From Candidatus Methanosuratincola verstraetei (GTDB lineage Archaea; Thermoproteota; Methanomethylicia; Methanomethylicales; Methanomethylicaceae): DNA of 64,000 nucleotides. A program made the translations under genes and the position numbers. The notes below the pieces were generated by a model. It made no database searches, was not told the DNA's origin, and saw nothing but the letters and a program-made list of their open reading frames with translations. This document shows positions 39,069 through 49,246 of the stretch, piece after piece. The number at the start of each line of letters is the position of its first letter. The stretch's first letter is position 1. Where the stretch lies: NCBI GenBank assembly GCA_049570475.1, contig CP186953.1, positions 704,001-768,000 of the forward strand, written 5' to 3'.

Positions 39069-41164
39069 AGGAAATAGATGCAAGCAGGATGAGCGTGAGG
39101 GAGCTCAACCTTGCTCTGAAAGGGGTTACTGATGGAGAACACATTTTGATAGAAAACCCGAAGGGGATGCACCACATTGCAGCCGGGCTCGGCTCGAGAT
39201 GCACGGTTGAGATCGAAGGATCAGTAGGCTACTTTGCAGGAACCATGATCAACGGACCAGTAATCAGGATCAGGGGCAATGCTGGCTGGTTCTTAGGAGA
39301 CAACATAACCGCAGGTGAGATAGTCGTCGAGGGGCACTCCGGGAACGGCACGGGTCAGGGCCTGTACGGCGGGAGATTGGTTGTAAAGGGGGATTGCGGG
39401 GACAGGGTAGGCGCATTGATGAAAAATGGTTTGGTGGTGGTGGGGGGCGACTCAGGAATAATGACTGGGCTTTACATGATGGGCGGTGAGATCATAGCAC
39501 TGGGGAGGCTCGGAGACAATGCCGGAGAATCGATGGTGGGCGGAAAGATATTTTTCTCCGGACCGGAGCCGGCGCTGGGGAAGAACGCCAAGGTCGAGGA
39601 TGCGAGCGATGCCGAGTTAGAGAATGTCGAGAGAATTCTAAGGGACTACGGCCTTGCAGCTCCAAAAATGAGGAAGATCGTACCAGAAAACCCGAGGTAC
39701 TTCCGCAGGTCGGAGGGGAGCATCTGGAACGTCAGGAGAGAGAGGAACAGGTACAGGGTGGAGATTGACCACGGGGCGTGCGAGGTATGCGGGGTTTGCG
39801 CGAGAGTTTGCCCTCAACAGGTGTTCAAGGAGGTCAAGCAAGGATACATGGCACCCATAAACGATTTCGAATGCGTCGGATGCGAGACCTGCGTCGAGTA
39901 CTGCAGGCAGAGGGCAGTGAGGGTCTACCCGGTCCAAGAGACAGGGAAATCAACCTGGAGCAGGCGGGAAATCGACGAGATCCAGATCAAGGCAGCAATA
40001 GGCAGGGCGCCAGTAAGAGGCATGGGGGCATGGAAAAGGTTCCCCCACTTCGACGACCTGGTGTTCCTATGCGCTCAGAATTCCAGACCGCCAATTGACC
40101 ATTACAGGGAGCCGTGTGAGACCGAGATAGTGCTGGGCAAGGGGAGGGCTGAGAGACCGCTGAGGGCGGCTGCGCCGATTCTGGTGGGTGCGATGTCGTT
40201 CGGCGCGATGAGCAAGGAGGCTAAACTCGCAGTTGCCATGGCAACCTCAAGGGTCGGGATCCCCACAAACACCGGGGAGGGGGGCATGCTTCCGGAGGAG
40301 AGGGGGCTCGCCTCCATACTCATTGCGCAGTACGCGTCGGGGAGGTTTGGGGTCTCGGCTGAGTATCTTCGCTCTGCCGATGCGGTCGAGATCAAGATCG
40401 GACAGGGCGCAAAAGGCGGGCAAGGCGGGCTGCTCATGGGCGAGAAGGTAACGGAAGAGGTCGCCAAGGTCAGGGGCTTGCCGCCAGGATCGGATGCGAT
40501 CAGCCCTGCCAGGCACCTTGATATAGTGGGTCCGGAGGACCTGAAGATGAAGATCGAGCAGCTCAGGGAGATCACGGACTGGAAAGTCCCAATAATCGTG
40601 AAGTATTCAGCAGGTAGGGTCGGGGATGATGTGAAGATAGCTGCCAAGGCGGGAGCGGACGTCGTAGTCATCGACGGGAAACAGGGCGGCACTGGGGCTG
40701 CCCCGGACATTGTGATTGAGCACGCCGGCTTGCCCACGCTCCCTGCGCTCGTTGAGGCGGAGAGGAGCCTCAGAGAGCTCGGTATGAAGGACAAGGTAAG
40801 CCTAGTGGTCTCAGGGGGGATAAGGAATGGAGCTGACATTGCGAAGGCCATTGCCTTGGGGGCAGACGCAGTCGCAATCTCGACAGGAGTGCTGGTAGCC
40901 ATGGGTTGCAGGACCTGCGGGCTGTGCTCAACAGGAAGGTGCCCGAGGGGGATCACGACGCAGGACCCTGTGCTCAGGAAGCGCCTCAAGGTGGAGGAGA
41001 TGGCAGCCAGGGTTGAGAACTATCTTAGGGCAATAATAGAGGAGCTAAAGATGTTCACCCAGCTCTCAGGGAAGACCTCGATCAGGAGCCTGGAGAAGGA
41101 CGACCTCAGGGCGATCACCACAGATGCTGCTGCAATCACAGGGGTGAAGCTTGTAGGGACGTGA
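39050..41164 (+). CDS. glutamate synthase fusion: GXGXG domain, 2x[4Fe-4S] ferredoxin and FMN domain
   Basis: Gly-rich GltB_C repeats, two CxxCxxCxxxC motifs, MSFGAMS, NTGEGG, EIKIGQGAK, CxxCxxCxxxxCPxG. Confidence 0.92.
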   Translation: MLENSLKEIDASRMSVRELNLALKGVTDGEHILIENPKGMHHIAAGLGSRCTVEIEGSVGYFAGTMINGPVIRIRGNAGWFLGDNITAGEIVVEGHSGNGTGQGLYGGRLVVKGDCGDRVGALMKNGLVVVGGDSGIMTGLYMMGGEIIALGRLGDNAGESMVGGKIFFSGPEPALGKNAKVEDASDAELENVERILRDYGLAAPKMRKIVPENPRYFRRSEGSIWNVRRERNRYRVEIDHGACEVCGVCARVCPQQVFKEVKQGYMAPINDFECVGCETCVEYCRQRAVRVYPVQETGKSTWSRREIDEIQIKAAIGRAPVRGMGAWKRFPHFDDLVFLCAQNSRPPIDHYREPCETEIVLGKGRAERPLRAAAPILVGAMSFGAMSKEAKLAVAMATSRVGIPTNTGEGGMLPEERGLASILIAQYASGRFGVSAEYLRSADAVEIKIGQGAKGGQGGLLMGEKVTEEVAKVRGLPPGSDAISPARHLDIVGPEDLKMKIEQLREITDWKVPIIVKYSAGRVGDDVKIAAKAGADVVVIDGKQGGTGAAPDIVIEHAGLPTLPALVEAERSLRELGMKDKVSLVVSGGIRNGADIAKAIALGADAVAISTGVLVAMGCRTCGLCSTGRCPRGITTQDPVLRKRLKVEEMAARVENYLRAIIEELKMFTQLSGKTSIRSLEKDDLRAITTDAAAITGVKLVGT

Positions 41165-41200
41165 AGATCGGCTGCTGAACTCGCTCCATATTCATTTTTG

Positions 41201-42034
41201 CTAACCCAGGGCGCTTGCCAGGATCAATGGCAGCAGGTAGCTGGTCTTCGATCTCGAGGTGTCAATGAAGGTCTTCGGCAGCGCTGTGGCACATGCCCCG
41301 TAGCTTTGCACCTTGCCCACGAGCGCCAATGACCTGAATATGAGGTTCCCGAATACCCCATCCGGTGCGAGAATCAAAGTAAAGCCCTCGTCGACAGCCC
41401 GCTCAATCTCCACCCCGAAATTGGCAGCATCGATCCCTTTCGATTTCAGTGCTCCAACTAGAGCATCAGACGAATCAAGCATCCTGTCTACGCGTGAGGA
41501 TCTCCCCCTGTCCTCGAGCCTCCCCCCTGAGATGACTGCCACCCTGAAGGGCATGCCCAACCTTGAGGCCAGGCGACTGCACCCATCTACAACGTTGAGC
41601 AGATCCCCTTGGGAGTCGCCCTCGTCTATGCCAACAGGGGCTAGCATCACCAGCCTCCCTTCGACCTCAAGGAGCGAAGCCCTACAGAGATTGGTGCAAC
41701 CGAATGCGCTTCTTAGCTCAGGGACGACCTTCCTCGAGCTCAGGTTCCCCCTAACTGCAGAGTCGACCACGCCCCCCTTCAGGAGTTGGACGAGGTCTTC
41801 CCAGGGCGATGGGGAAATGATCGCGGGTATCTCGTTCCCGACAACGCCTTCAGAGTCCTCTTCGTTCCCAGGCAGGCGATCGGCAACCAGCAAGGGCTCA
41901 ATATATCGCTCCCTAGTCGCGAAGAGAAGAGAGTTGAGGAGGAGAGGCGAGGTCTTCGAGGAGAAGTCGCAGCCTATCGCGACCCTTGCCCTCCTCTTCA
42001 GCGCCATTTCGTGTATCAGTAGGCTGCCGATCAT
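41201..42034 (-). CDS. mtxX: MtxX / methanogenesis marker protein 4
   Basis: AVRGNLS, LAPVGIDEG, SGGRLEDRGR, APDGVFGNLIFRSL, DTSR; ATGA overlap with aksA. Confidence 0.88.
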   Translation of the reverse strand: MIGSLLIHEMALKRRARVAIGCDFSSKTSPLLLNSLLFATRERYIEPLLVADRLPGNEEDSEGVVGNEIPAIISPSPWEDLVQLLKGGVVDSAVRGNLSSRKVVPELRSAFGCTNLCRASLLEVEGRLVMLAPVGIDEGDSQGDLLNVVDGCSRLASRLGMPFRVAVISGGRLEDRGRSSRVDRMLDSSDALVGALKSKGIDAANFGVEIERAVDEGFTLILAPDGVFGNLIFRSLALVGKVQSYGACATALPKTFIDTSRSKTSYLLPLILASALG

Positions 42035-43212
42035 TTCCTGAGTCCCTTTTCCCGAAGAACCCTGCTCACGAAGTCGCAGAGCTCTCCGTTGTCTATCGGC
42101 TTGGAGTCGACCGGAAGGTGCTTCAGCGTCTTGATCACTTCGGCAAGCTCCTCCTCCGAGATCTCGAAGTTGCATGCCTTGAGCTTCTCCCTGACCCCCT
42201 CTGTTCCCGAATGCCTCCCGAACGTCAGGCGCCTGGTTTGCCCGACAATCTGCGGCTCATAGGACTCGTAGGTGAACGGGCACTTGATCACGGCCGCAAC
42301 GTGGATCCCGGACTCGTGCCTGAAGGCGTTCGACCCGACTATCGCCTTGTTTATCGGTATGGGGACGCCCGAAAACCTCGACACCATCTCCGAGAGCTCC
42401 TGGATGACCTCGGTCTTGAAGCCCAGGTCAACCCCGTAAAGCGCGTATAGAGCCATCACAACCTCTTCCAGAGCTGCGTTGCCGCACCGCTCCCCCAGCC
42501 CGTTCACGGAGACGGATATCGCATCGATGCCAGCTTCGTATGCCGCCAAGGAGTTGGCTACAGCCAGTCCGAAGTCGTCGTGGCAGTGAACTGAGAGCTC
42601 TATGTTGAAGTTCTTCCTTACTCTCTCCACCAGGTACTTCATCCCTTCCGGCCTGATGCAGCCAGTGGTATCCGCTATCCCCAGACGGTCTGCCTTCCTC
42701 TCCTCTGCAGCCTTGAATAGGGCAAATAGGTTCTCCAGGGAAGTCCTCGTCGCGTCCTCTGCGGAGAGCTGGACGAATAGGCCATGTGCCTTCGCGTACT
42801 CTATGGCCTCAGAAGCCATCTTTACTGAAGACTGGAGATCTGTGTGGAGCTTGTACTTGAGGTGCAAGTCGGAGACCGAGAGGAAGACAATGACTCCGTC
42901 CACGTCAGCCCGCAGCGCCGCGTCAATGTCCTTCTGCTTTGATCGGCAGAGGCAGATTACCTGCGCCCCCAACCTTGAGTTCGCAACAGCCTTCACTGCA
43001 TCCTCGTCGTACTGCGAGATCACGGGGAAGCCGGCCTCTATCGAATGGACGCCGAGCTCGTCGAGCTTCCTCGCTATCTCGACTTTCTGCTCCTTCGAGA
43101 ACTTTACTCCAGGAGTCTGCTCGCCGTCCCTTAGGGTCGTGTCGTATATCTTTACGCGCCGGACGTCTGGCTGGATGAAGTTGTACGGGCTCGTGAAGTA
43201 CCTCAATGCCAA
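42031..43212 (-). CDS. aksA: homocitrate synthase (AksA type)
   Basis: [40 protein letters not shown]; no LeuA/CimA regulatory domain. Confidence 0.85.
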   Translation of the reverse strand: MALRYFTSPYNFIQPDVRRVKIYDTTLRDGEQTPGVKFSKEQKVEIARKLDELGVHSIEAGFPVISQYDEDAVKAVANSRLGAQVICLCRSKQKDIDAALRADVDGVIVFLSVSDLHLKYKLHTDLQSSVKMASEAIEYAKAHGLFVQLSAEDATRTSLENLFALFKAAEERKADRLGIADTTGCIRPEGMKYLVERVRKNFNIELSVHCHDDFGLAVANSLAAYEAGIDAISVSVNGLGERCGNAALEEVVMALYALYGVDLGFKTEVIQELSEMVSRFSGVPIPINKAIVGSNAFRHESGIHVAAVIKCPFTYESYEPQIVGQTRRLTFGRHSGTEGVREKLKACNFEISEEELAEVIKTLKHLPVDSKPIDNGELCDFVSRVLREKGLRK

Positions 43213-43344
43213 CGCCTCAATTCTTCTCTGCTAATAGACTGCCCAATCAGATTAATACTTTATGAATCGTTAGTAATTAAAATGAACCTTTTGTGTGTAT
43301 CCTGCGCGTGAGCGTTATTAACTGGGGGATGCGAAGTTATCGCG

Positions 43345-44304
43345 GTGGTTGGAGTGCAGGTCCTTGTCACAGGGGGCGCAGGGTTCATAGGCACGCACCT
43401 TGTCGAGAGGCTGATAGAAAACGGCGCCAGCGTAAAGATCTTGGACGACTTGTCAGCGGGCGACATATCAGGGGTTTCCAGGCTCCTCAGGTCAGGAGCG
43501 GCGACATTTGTGAAAGGGGACATAAGGGACGGCGGCAAGGTCTTGGAGGCCACCAGAGGCTGCGAGATCGTGTACCACCTAGCTGCACAGTCATCCGTCC
43601 CCAAGTCCACGGAGGACCCCTCCCTTGACCTCGAAGTCAACATCGCAGGAACCCACAACGTCCTCATGGCAGCCAAGGAATGCGGCGCCAAGGTCGTTTT
43701 CGCCTCATCCTCAGTGGTATATGGTGTGCCGAGGAAGATCCCAACCCCAGAGAGCGAGCCGCTCGTGCCCCGCTCCTTCTATGGGGCTTCGAAGGCAGCC
43801 GCTGAGGACTACTGCAGGCTGTACAGCGAGATCTTCGGTGTGCCCACTGTAATACTCAGGCTCTTCAACATCTACGGCCCCAGGACCAACAAAGGCCTGA
43901 TGTTCGACCTGTACAGGAAGCTCTTGAGGGACACGCGGAGGCTGGAGATACTCGGCACTGGGGAGCAGAAGAAGGACTATCTCTACATAGATGACGCCAT
44001 AGATGCCTTCATGGCAGCTCCGGAGCGGTCCAGGTGCGCGGGCGACGCTTACAACATCGGGCTTGGCGAATCATACACTGTGTTTCAGATAGCCCAGATG
44101 ATGTTCGATGTTCTGGGCCTGGAGGGCGTGGAGGTACATCCAAGGGGAGGCACTTCCTGGCCAGGGGACGTCGAGCTTACGGAGCCAGATGTTAGCAAGG
44201 CTGAGATCGAGCTTGGCTGGAGGGCCAAGGTCGGCATAAAAGATGGCATTAGGAAGACCCTCGAATACTTCGTGAAGACGCTTGGCCCTCTCCCCGCAAA
44301 ATGA
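43345..44304 (+). CDS. NAD-dependent sugar epimerase/dehydratase (GalE-like)
   Basis: VTGGAGFIG, HLAA, YGASK, RLFNIYGP. Confidence 0.93.
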   Translation: MVGVQVLVTGGAGFIGTHLVERLIENGASVKILDDLSAGDISGVSRLLRSGAATFVKGDIRDGGKVLEATRGCEIVYHLAAQSSVPKSTEDPSLDLEVNIAGTHNVLMAAKECGAKVVFASSSVVYGVPRKIPTPESEPLVPRSFYGASKAAAEDYCRLYSEIFGVPTVILRLFNIYGPRTNKGLMFDLYRKLLRDTRRLEILGTGEQKKDYLYIDDAIDAFMAAPERSRCAGDAYNIGLGESYTVFQIAQMMFDVLGLEGVEVHPRGGTSWPGDVELTEPDVSKAEIELGWRAKVGIKDGIRKTLEYFVKTLGPLPAK

Positions 44305-44359
44305 TTCCGGGAAAGGGGCATTTTATTTTTCAAATTCCAACTTTTCACAAAGTAAAAAA

Positions 44360-45106
44360 TCAAGCGTAGGACTCGTACTTGAGGTCCTTGAATGCCTGCT
44401 TGGCTTCATTGTAGGACTCTAGCGAGCCAATATCATACCAATATCCAGTGAACTTCAAGCCATACACCTTCTCGGTCTCAGATAGCCAGCAGATGAAGCG
44501 CCCGATCGGGTCAGGGGGGTTCCCGCTTTTCAGGTATTCGCTGACCCGCGAGATGCACCGCCAGGGGAGAAGGTAGATCCCAGTGGAGACCAGGCAGCAT
44601 GGCGGGTTTTCAGGCTTCTCCTCGAATCTCCTGACGATCAGGTTTTCGTCGACTAAAACGCAAGCATACTTTCTGGCATCCTCCTTCCGTGCGATCTCGT
44701 AGAGCGCTATAACTGGCGAGTTGACCATGTTGTAGAAATTGACCATGCTCCGGAGATCGAGCGAGAAGAGGTTGTCCCCAGCGGTTATGATGTAGTCGTC
44801 CGCCCCAGAATCCCGGACCAAAAGCTCAAGCGCTTTTGTTGGCCCCAGCTTCTCTTCCTCCTTTTCCGAAGGTTCAGGGACGACCCTGACGTTCGCGTAC
44901 CCTCTTTTCGATAGCCACTCGTTGAAATGCCGTTCAAACCGCTGGTTTGTGGATATTATAATCTCTTCAAGATCCAGCTGCCTCAGCTTTGCAATTATGA
45001 AGTCAATTATTGTCCCGTCGCCGATCGGCAGGAGTGGTTTCGGGGTGTCGAGTGTGAGGGGCCACAGACGCTTCGCGTACCCGCCTGCAAGGACTACTCC
45101 CTTCAT
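44360..45106 (-). CDS. sugar-phosphate nucleotidyltransferase
   Basis: LAGGYAKRLWPLT..PKPLL, GDN, EEKP, WYDIG. Confidence 0.92.
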   Translation of the reverse strand: MKGVVLAGGYAKRLWPLTLDTPKPLLPIGDGTIIDFIIAKLRQLDLEEIIISTNQRFERHFNEWLSKRGYANVRVVPEPSEKEEEKLGPTKALELLVRDSGADDYIITAGDNLFSLDLRSMVNFYNMVNSPVIALYEIARKEDARKYACVLVDENLIVRRFEEKPENPPCCLVSTGIYLLPWRCISRVSEYLKSGNPPDPIGRFICWLSETEKVYGLKFTGYWYDIGSLESYNEAKQAFKDLKYESYA

Positions 45107-45206
45107 AGAAAAAGCACCAGTGAGATCTTTGCGGCAAACCATATAAATACTTGAAAGACAACTTTAGACACTCCCGGCATGATGGAGGGGAAGGGGCCCA
45201 ATTCGA

Positions 45207-45671
45207 ATGCTGTCTCCTGAGGTCTACACCTTCATACTGGCGATGTCCCCAGTCGTCGAGTCCAGGGGCGCCATACCCTACGGGGTTCTCGCAGGAATCG
45301 AGCCGAACAGCGTCCTCCTTCTGTCCATAGCAGGCAACATACTGCCGGTGCCATTTCTCCTACTAGTGCTCTCCAAGTTAGAGCAACTGATCATCACCCG
45401 TTCTGAGAACAGCTGGCTCAGGTCACTTTATTTGAGGTACATCGGGTCCCTCAGGAGAAAGGCAAAGGAAAAGATCGATAGATACGGTTTTTTTGGTGTG
45501 ATGCTGTTCGTCGCAGTGCCGGTTCCAGGAAGCGGCGCCTGGACTGGGAGTCTTGTTGCGCACCTATTCGGCCTTGAAAAGAAGAAGGCATTGGCTGCAA
45601 TAGTTTTTGGCGTGGTCGAGGCAGCGCTTATGATTTATGCTTTCGTCACTTTCCTTGGATTCGTCTTTTAG
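45207..45671 (+). CDS. small multidrug export-family membrane protein (COG2426-like)
   Basis: PVVESRGAIP, FVAVPVPGSGAWTG. Confidence 0.85.
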   Translation: MLSPEVYTFILAMSPVVESRGAIPYGVLAGIEPNSVLLLSIAGNILPVPFLLLVLSKLEQLIITRSENSWLRSLYLRYIGSLRRKAKEKIDRYGFFGVMLFVAVPVPGSGAWTGSLVAHLFGLEKKKALAAIVFGVVEAALMIYAFVTFLGFVF

Positions 45672-45692
45672 CGTTCTTTTAGGTCTCCGGCT

Positions 45693-46790
45693 TCAGATTG
45701 AGTCGACTATCTCAACCCAGCGCCTCATCATGTCAACCTGGAGGTTGAGGAATTTCCTGTATATCTCGTTGTTCAATGTTGAAGCCCCCCTTTCGAGAAG
45801 GGCAGCCAATGAGAGGTACGAGTCGGAATAGGAGCTCCCTGAGATATCGCCGTCGACAAAGCGCCAGACCGACTCATTGAGAATCATGCCGTCCATCTCG
45901 CTTTTAAGGTCCTTGAAGATGCTGCGGGGGCGCTTCTGATGGGTCCCCACGGGCTTTCCCAAGCAGACCCTGTCCCCCAAGTGGTCAGCCACCCGCTTAA
46001 GGAATATCCCTGACCATATGTCGTCGAAGCGATCGATGCCCATAGTATTCATGTAAAGCTGGTAGAAGGCAGGGACGATCTTAGGGATAAAAGAGGTGTT
46101 CATGCTGCAGACTGCAAAGTAGGTACCTCTGCCAACCACTACCTTTTCATTTAGCAGGCGCTCTCCCATGACGTCGCACTTCCCGTCCATCCCGCCGTGA
46201 TAAAGGATCGTCAGGGCATCGAAGTCAGGATTGCCAATCCAGTGCCCCATATTCAGCACGCAGCTCCCTCCCGAGCTCTCCCAACAGTAATCCTCGGCGC
46301 GAGTCTCAGGGGAATACGGGTGCCCTCTGGGGAAGAAGCGACCTTCCCTGCTCAGCGAAATTGAGTCTAGCGTGTTGTACCACCTTGACTTAGAGTGCAC
46401 GGTCTTACCTCCCCCGCCGAAGAGGTTGTCCCTGTGTCCAGGGATCAGTCCGTTGATGAAGACGTCGTCGTCCAACTCAACGATGAATCCAGCGCCCTCC
46501 TCATAGGCAACGAGGAAGCCGAAGCTGGTCTCAGCGTGCGCCCTTTCAGGGATCACTTCAAGATATTTTTTGTACCCTGAACCGAATCTTGACTTGAACC
46601 ACTCTTCCCGCTCGTTTGGCCCGTAGTACGACCTTTCTAGACCTTCCAGTATCCGATCGTTTTTCATGCGGATCTCTTGGTTCCCCTCATCCACCACAAT
46701 GACCTTCGTGTTTGTTTCATTTAGTTCCCGCTTCAGCGGCTCCAAGTTCTTCAATTCGTTTATAGTGGCGATGACAAGATAAGGTTGCAT
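45693..46790 (-). CDS. GT75 / reversibly glycosylated polypeptide (UDP-arabinopyranose mutase-like)
   Basis: LDDD, RGHPYS, CSMNTSF and RFDDIWSG match RGP motifs. Confidence 0.75.
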   Translation of the reverse strand: MQPYLVIATINELKNLEPLKRELNETNTKVIVVDEGNQEIRMKNDRILEGLERSYYGPNEREEWFKSRFGSGYKKYLEVIPERAHAETSFGFLVAYEEGAGFIVELDDDVFINGLIPGHRDNLFGGGGKTVHSKSRWYNTLDSISLSREGRFFPRGHPYSPETRAEDYCWESSGGSCVLNMGHWIGNPDFDALTILYHGGMDGKCDVMGERLLNEKVVVGRGTYFAVCSMNTSFIPKIVPAFYQLYMNTMGIDRFDDIWSGIFLKRVADHLGDRVCLGKPVGTHQKRPRSIFKDLKSEMDGMILNESVWRFVDGDISGSSYSDSYLSLAALLERGASTLNNEIYRKFLNLQVDMMRRWVEIVDSI

Positions 46791-46820
46791 GAAGAAAAAA
46801 GGTAAAGAACCCTTAAAAGA

Positions 46821-47987
46821 TTAACTAATGAGCTTTACTAGAACGTCTCTCAAATGCATTAGGTCTCGGATATACACGAATTCGTCGGTACCATGGAAAT
46901 GCGAATCCTCGGCGATCGCGCCGTAGCTGACCACAGGGATACCCTTGGACGCCAAGAATTTGCCGTCGTCCCCGCCCAAGGATGCGCCTAAGGGTAGCGG
47001 GGCGCCGAAGACGGAAGCGGTCGCATTGAGGAAGGTCTTGACAAAAGGATGCTCGGGCGGCGTCAGGAAGCCCTTGTCCTCCAGCATAATTCTCAGCTCA
47101 GCTTCTATGTTGAGATTTTCCCTGGATCTGTTGAAGAAGTTGATCAGCTCCAACTTGGCCTCTTCCAAAGGCTCATCAGGCAGCACCCTCATGTCAAACC
47201 TTGCCCAGGCATTTGACGGGATTATGTTTTCCTTTTCACCGCCACCTATGATTGTGAACGAGAAGCGACCCCAAAGCTTCTTATTCGGAGAGCCCGGCGG
47301 GGCGTCTATATTCGAGAGTTTCCGCTCCCTGAATCGGGCAAAATTCTCGAACTCCCTTATGAGCGAGGCTAGCTTCGGGATCGGGTTGTCGGACCTGTGG
47401 GGGTACCCAGCGTGCCCCTGGATCCCCCTCACTAGCACCTCCCCCTGAACTATCCCGCTCGCCCCAACGCAGACCATATCAGGCATTGCATCAACCACCA
47501 CACCGCAGTCAAGCCTCAAATTGAGGTCGTTGATCACGTATCCTATCCCCCAACGCCCCCCGACTTCTTCGTCGGGTGAAGCGATCAACTTTACGTTGTA
47601 CTTACCCTTCTCCCCAATGCGAGAGAGGGCACCCAAAGACGCGGCGATTGCAGATTTGTCATCGGCAGACCCCCTCCCATACGCCCGATCCCCTTCAATA
47701 GTCAGTCTGAAGGGATCCCTTTTCCAGCCCTCGCCCGGAGGCACGACGTCATAGTGAGTCAACAGCCCCAGGGTGCTTTCCGCCCCCAAGTCCAACGTTC
47801 CGACCACGTTAGGCCTCTTCTTCCCGTCGCCCGTAAGCGCAACCGGATCGAAGACTTCGACCTTCAGCCCAACCTCCCTCATCCTATCAGATATCAGGGA
47901 GGCGCACTCCGCGTATCCGCACTTCTTGATTGAGTCGGTATTGATTGAAACAAGCTCCTCCAAGACCTTGAGCTCATAAGGCAGCAC
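46821..47987 (-). CDS. M20 metallopeptidase (ArgE/DapE/LysK-like)
   Basis: HYDVVP, GRGSADDK, DEEVGG, GHAG, HGTDE. Confidence 0.9.
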   Translation of the reverse strand: MLPYELKVLEELVSINTDSIKKCGYAECASLISDRMREVGLKVEVFDPVALTGDGKKRPNVVGTLDLGAESTLGLLTHYDVVPPGEGWKRDPFRLTIEGDRAYGRGSADDKSAIAASLGALSRIGEKGKYNVKLIASPDEEVGGRWGIGYVINDLNLRLDCGVVVDAMPDMVCVGASGIVQGEVLVRGIQGHAGYPHRSDNPIPKLASLIREFENFARFRERKLSNIDAPPGSPNKKLWGRFSFTIIGGGEKENIIPSNAWARFDMRVLPDEPLEEAKLELINFFNRSRENLNIEAELRIMLEDKGFLTPPEHPFVKTFLNATASVFGAPLPLGASLGGDDGKFLASKGIPVVSYGAIAEDSHFHGTDEFVYIRDLMHLRDVLVKLIS

Positions 47988-48039
47988 GATGTAGACACCG
48001 ATCTATTCTATGGCCCCAAGGCTTAATTGCTTATTGCAG

Positions 48040-48660
48040 TTACATAAACAGAACTAAGACCCAGGAGGGCAGGGCAAACAATGCCCAGATGGCCTTGGAC
48101 CATGAGAAGACTTTGTACCCGTCGAAAGGCGGGATCGGGATCAGGTTGAATGCCGCAAGCCAGAGGTTAATCCGCATCCCGTAGAGCCCCAGAAGGGAAA
48201 AAACTCCCCCCAGGTTAGATATAGCGAAGAAGAAGGCAACCAAGAGGAGGTTCATCGCTGGACCGGAGAGGGAAATCACCCCAAAAACCTTCTTCATCGC
48301 ATTGACATCTAGGGAGGGGGCAGTCATCATTGGAACAATATACACGGCACCCAGCGCTGCAAAGATTACATTGCCTCGCGTAACAACAGACATGATGAGG
48401 GCGAGTATGATCCCCAAGAGCCACACGTTGTAGTATGCATGGCACCCGTATCTTTTGGCCGTTGAACGGTGGGCCAGCTCATGGAGCAAGAAACCCAGGC
48501 CTGCCGATGATCCAACCAGGAGGAATACGGAAAGGAAAAGGTCTGGAGAGTCGAACAGGGTCCATAAAGAGAAGCAGAGCGTGATTACGAACCACGAAAG
48601 CAGGAGACCCAGAATTTCAGGGATCTTCAACAGGATTACCTCATAATGGGTTCGGCGCAT
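48040..48660 (-). CDS. site-2 protease (M50)
   Basis: HELAH, SGPAMN, FNLIPIPPFDG. Confidence 0.9.
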   Translation of the reverse strand: MRRTHYEVILLKIPEILGLLLSWFVITLCFSLWTLFDSPDLFLSVFLLVGSSAGLGFLLHELAHRSTAKRYGCHAYYNVWLLGIILALIMSVVTRGNVIFAALGAVYIVPMMTAPSLDVNAMKKVFGVISLSGPAMNLLLVAFFFAISNLGGVFSLLGLYGMRINLWLAAFNLIPIPPFDGYKVFSWSKAIWALFALPSWVLVLFM

Positions 48661-48710
48661 CGGCTAATAAATTTAAAGGTTAACCGGAAAAAAAGGTGCA
48701 TATGATTTAA

Positions 48711-49246
48711 GAGATTTTCGAAAAACCTGCCTATAACCTTTCCCAAAAGGAGCGCAATGCTTAAAGATCATGGGCACAACAGTTATCCTCATGCCTTCTT
48801 TCGAGTGTTACATCCTCAACGAGTACTACCAGAGGTACCTGAAGAATAACGACAGATTGGCGAAAGCAGCCTCCCTGATAGACTGGGAGGGGTTTCGCTC
48901 CATAATAGCCTCATCCTACCGCAACCTGCGGATATCAAGGAGGAGGGCGCCGATCGAGAGGGTATGTATTTGCGGTGCTCAAGAGGGTCTTCAGGGCAGG
49001 GCACGTCATGGTCACGACCGTTCCGAGGGTGAAGGTGAAGATGATGTTCTCCTGCCTCTGCTTCAACCTGATGCAGGTGCTCACCCTTAGGAGCAGGTAC
49101 AAGCATAGGATCTCGAAGAAGGTAGAAAATGATGGAAAAAGGGAAAACAAAGTGAAGAGAAGATGGAAAATAAAGATGCCTAGCATAGGGACGCCTTAAA
49201 ACGGGAAAGAAGGCGAAGGGCATCAGCAAAGTTTTTCGAAATCCTC
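48711..49246 (+). mobile_element. internally deleted IS5-family element (536 bp)
   Basis: 16-bp TIRs (gagattttcgaaaaac / gtttttcgaaatcctc), TTAA on both sides, transposase N-end (LIDWEGFR) joined to C-end (RAPIERV..KRVF..GHVMVTT..FNL). Confidence 0.88.
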
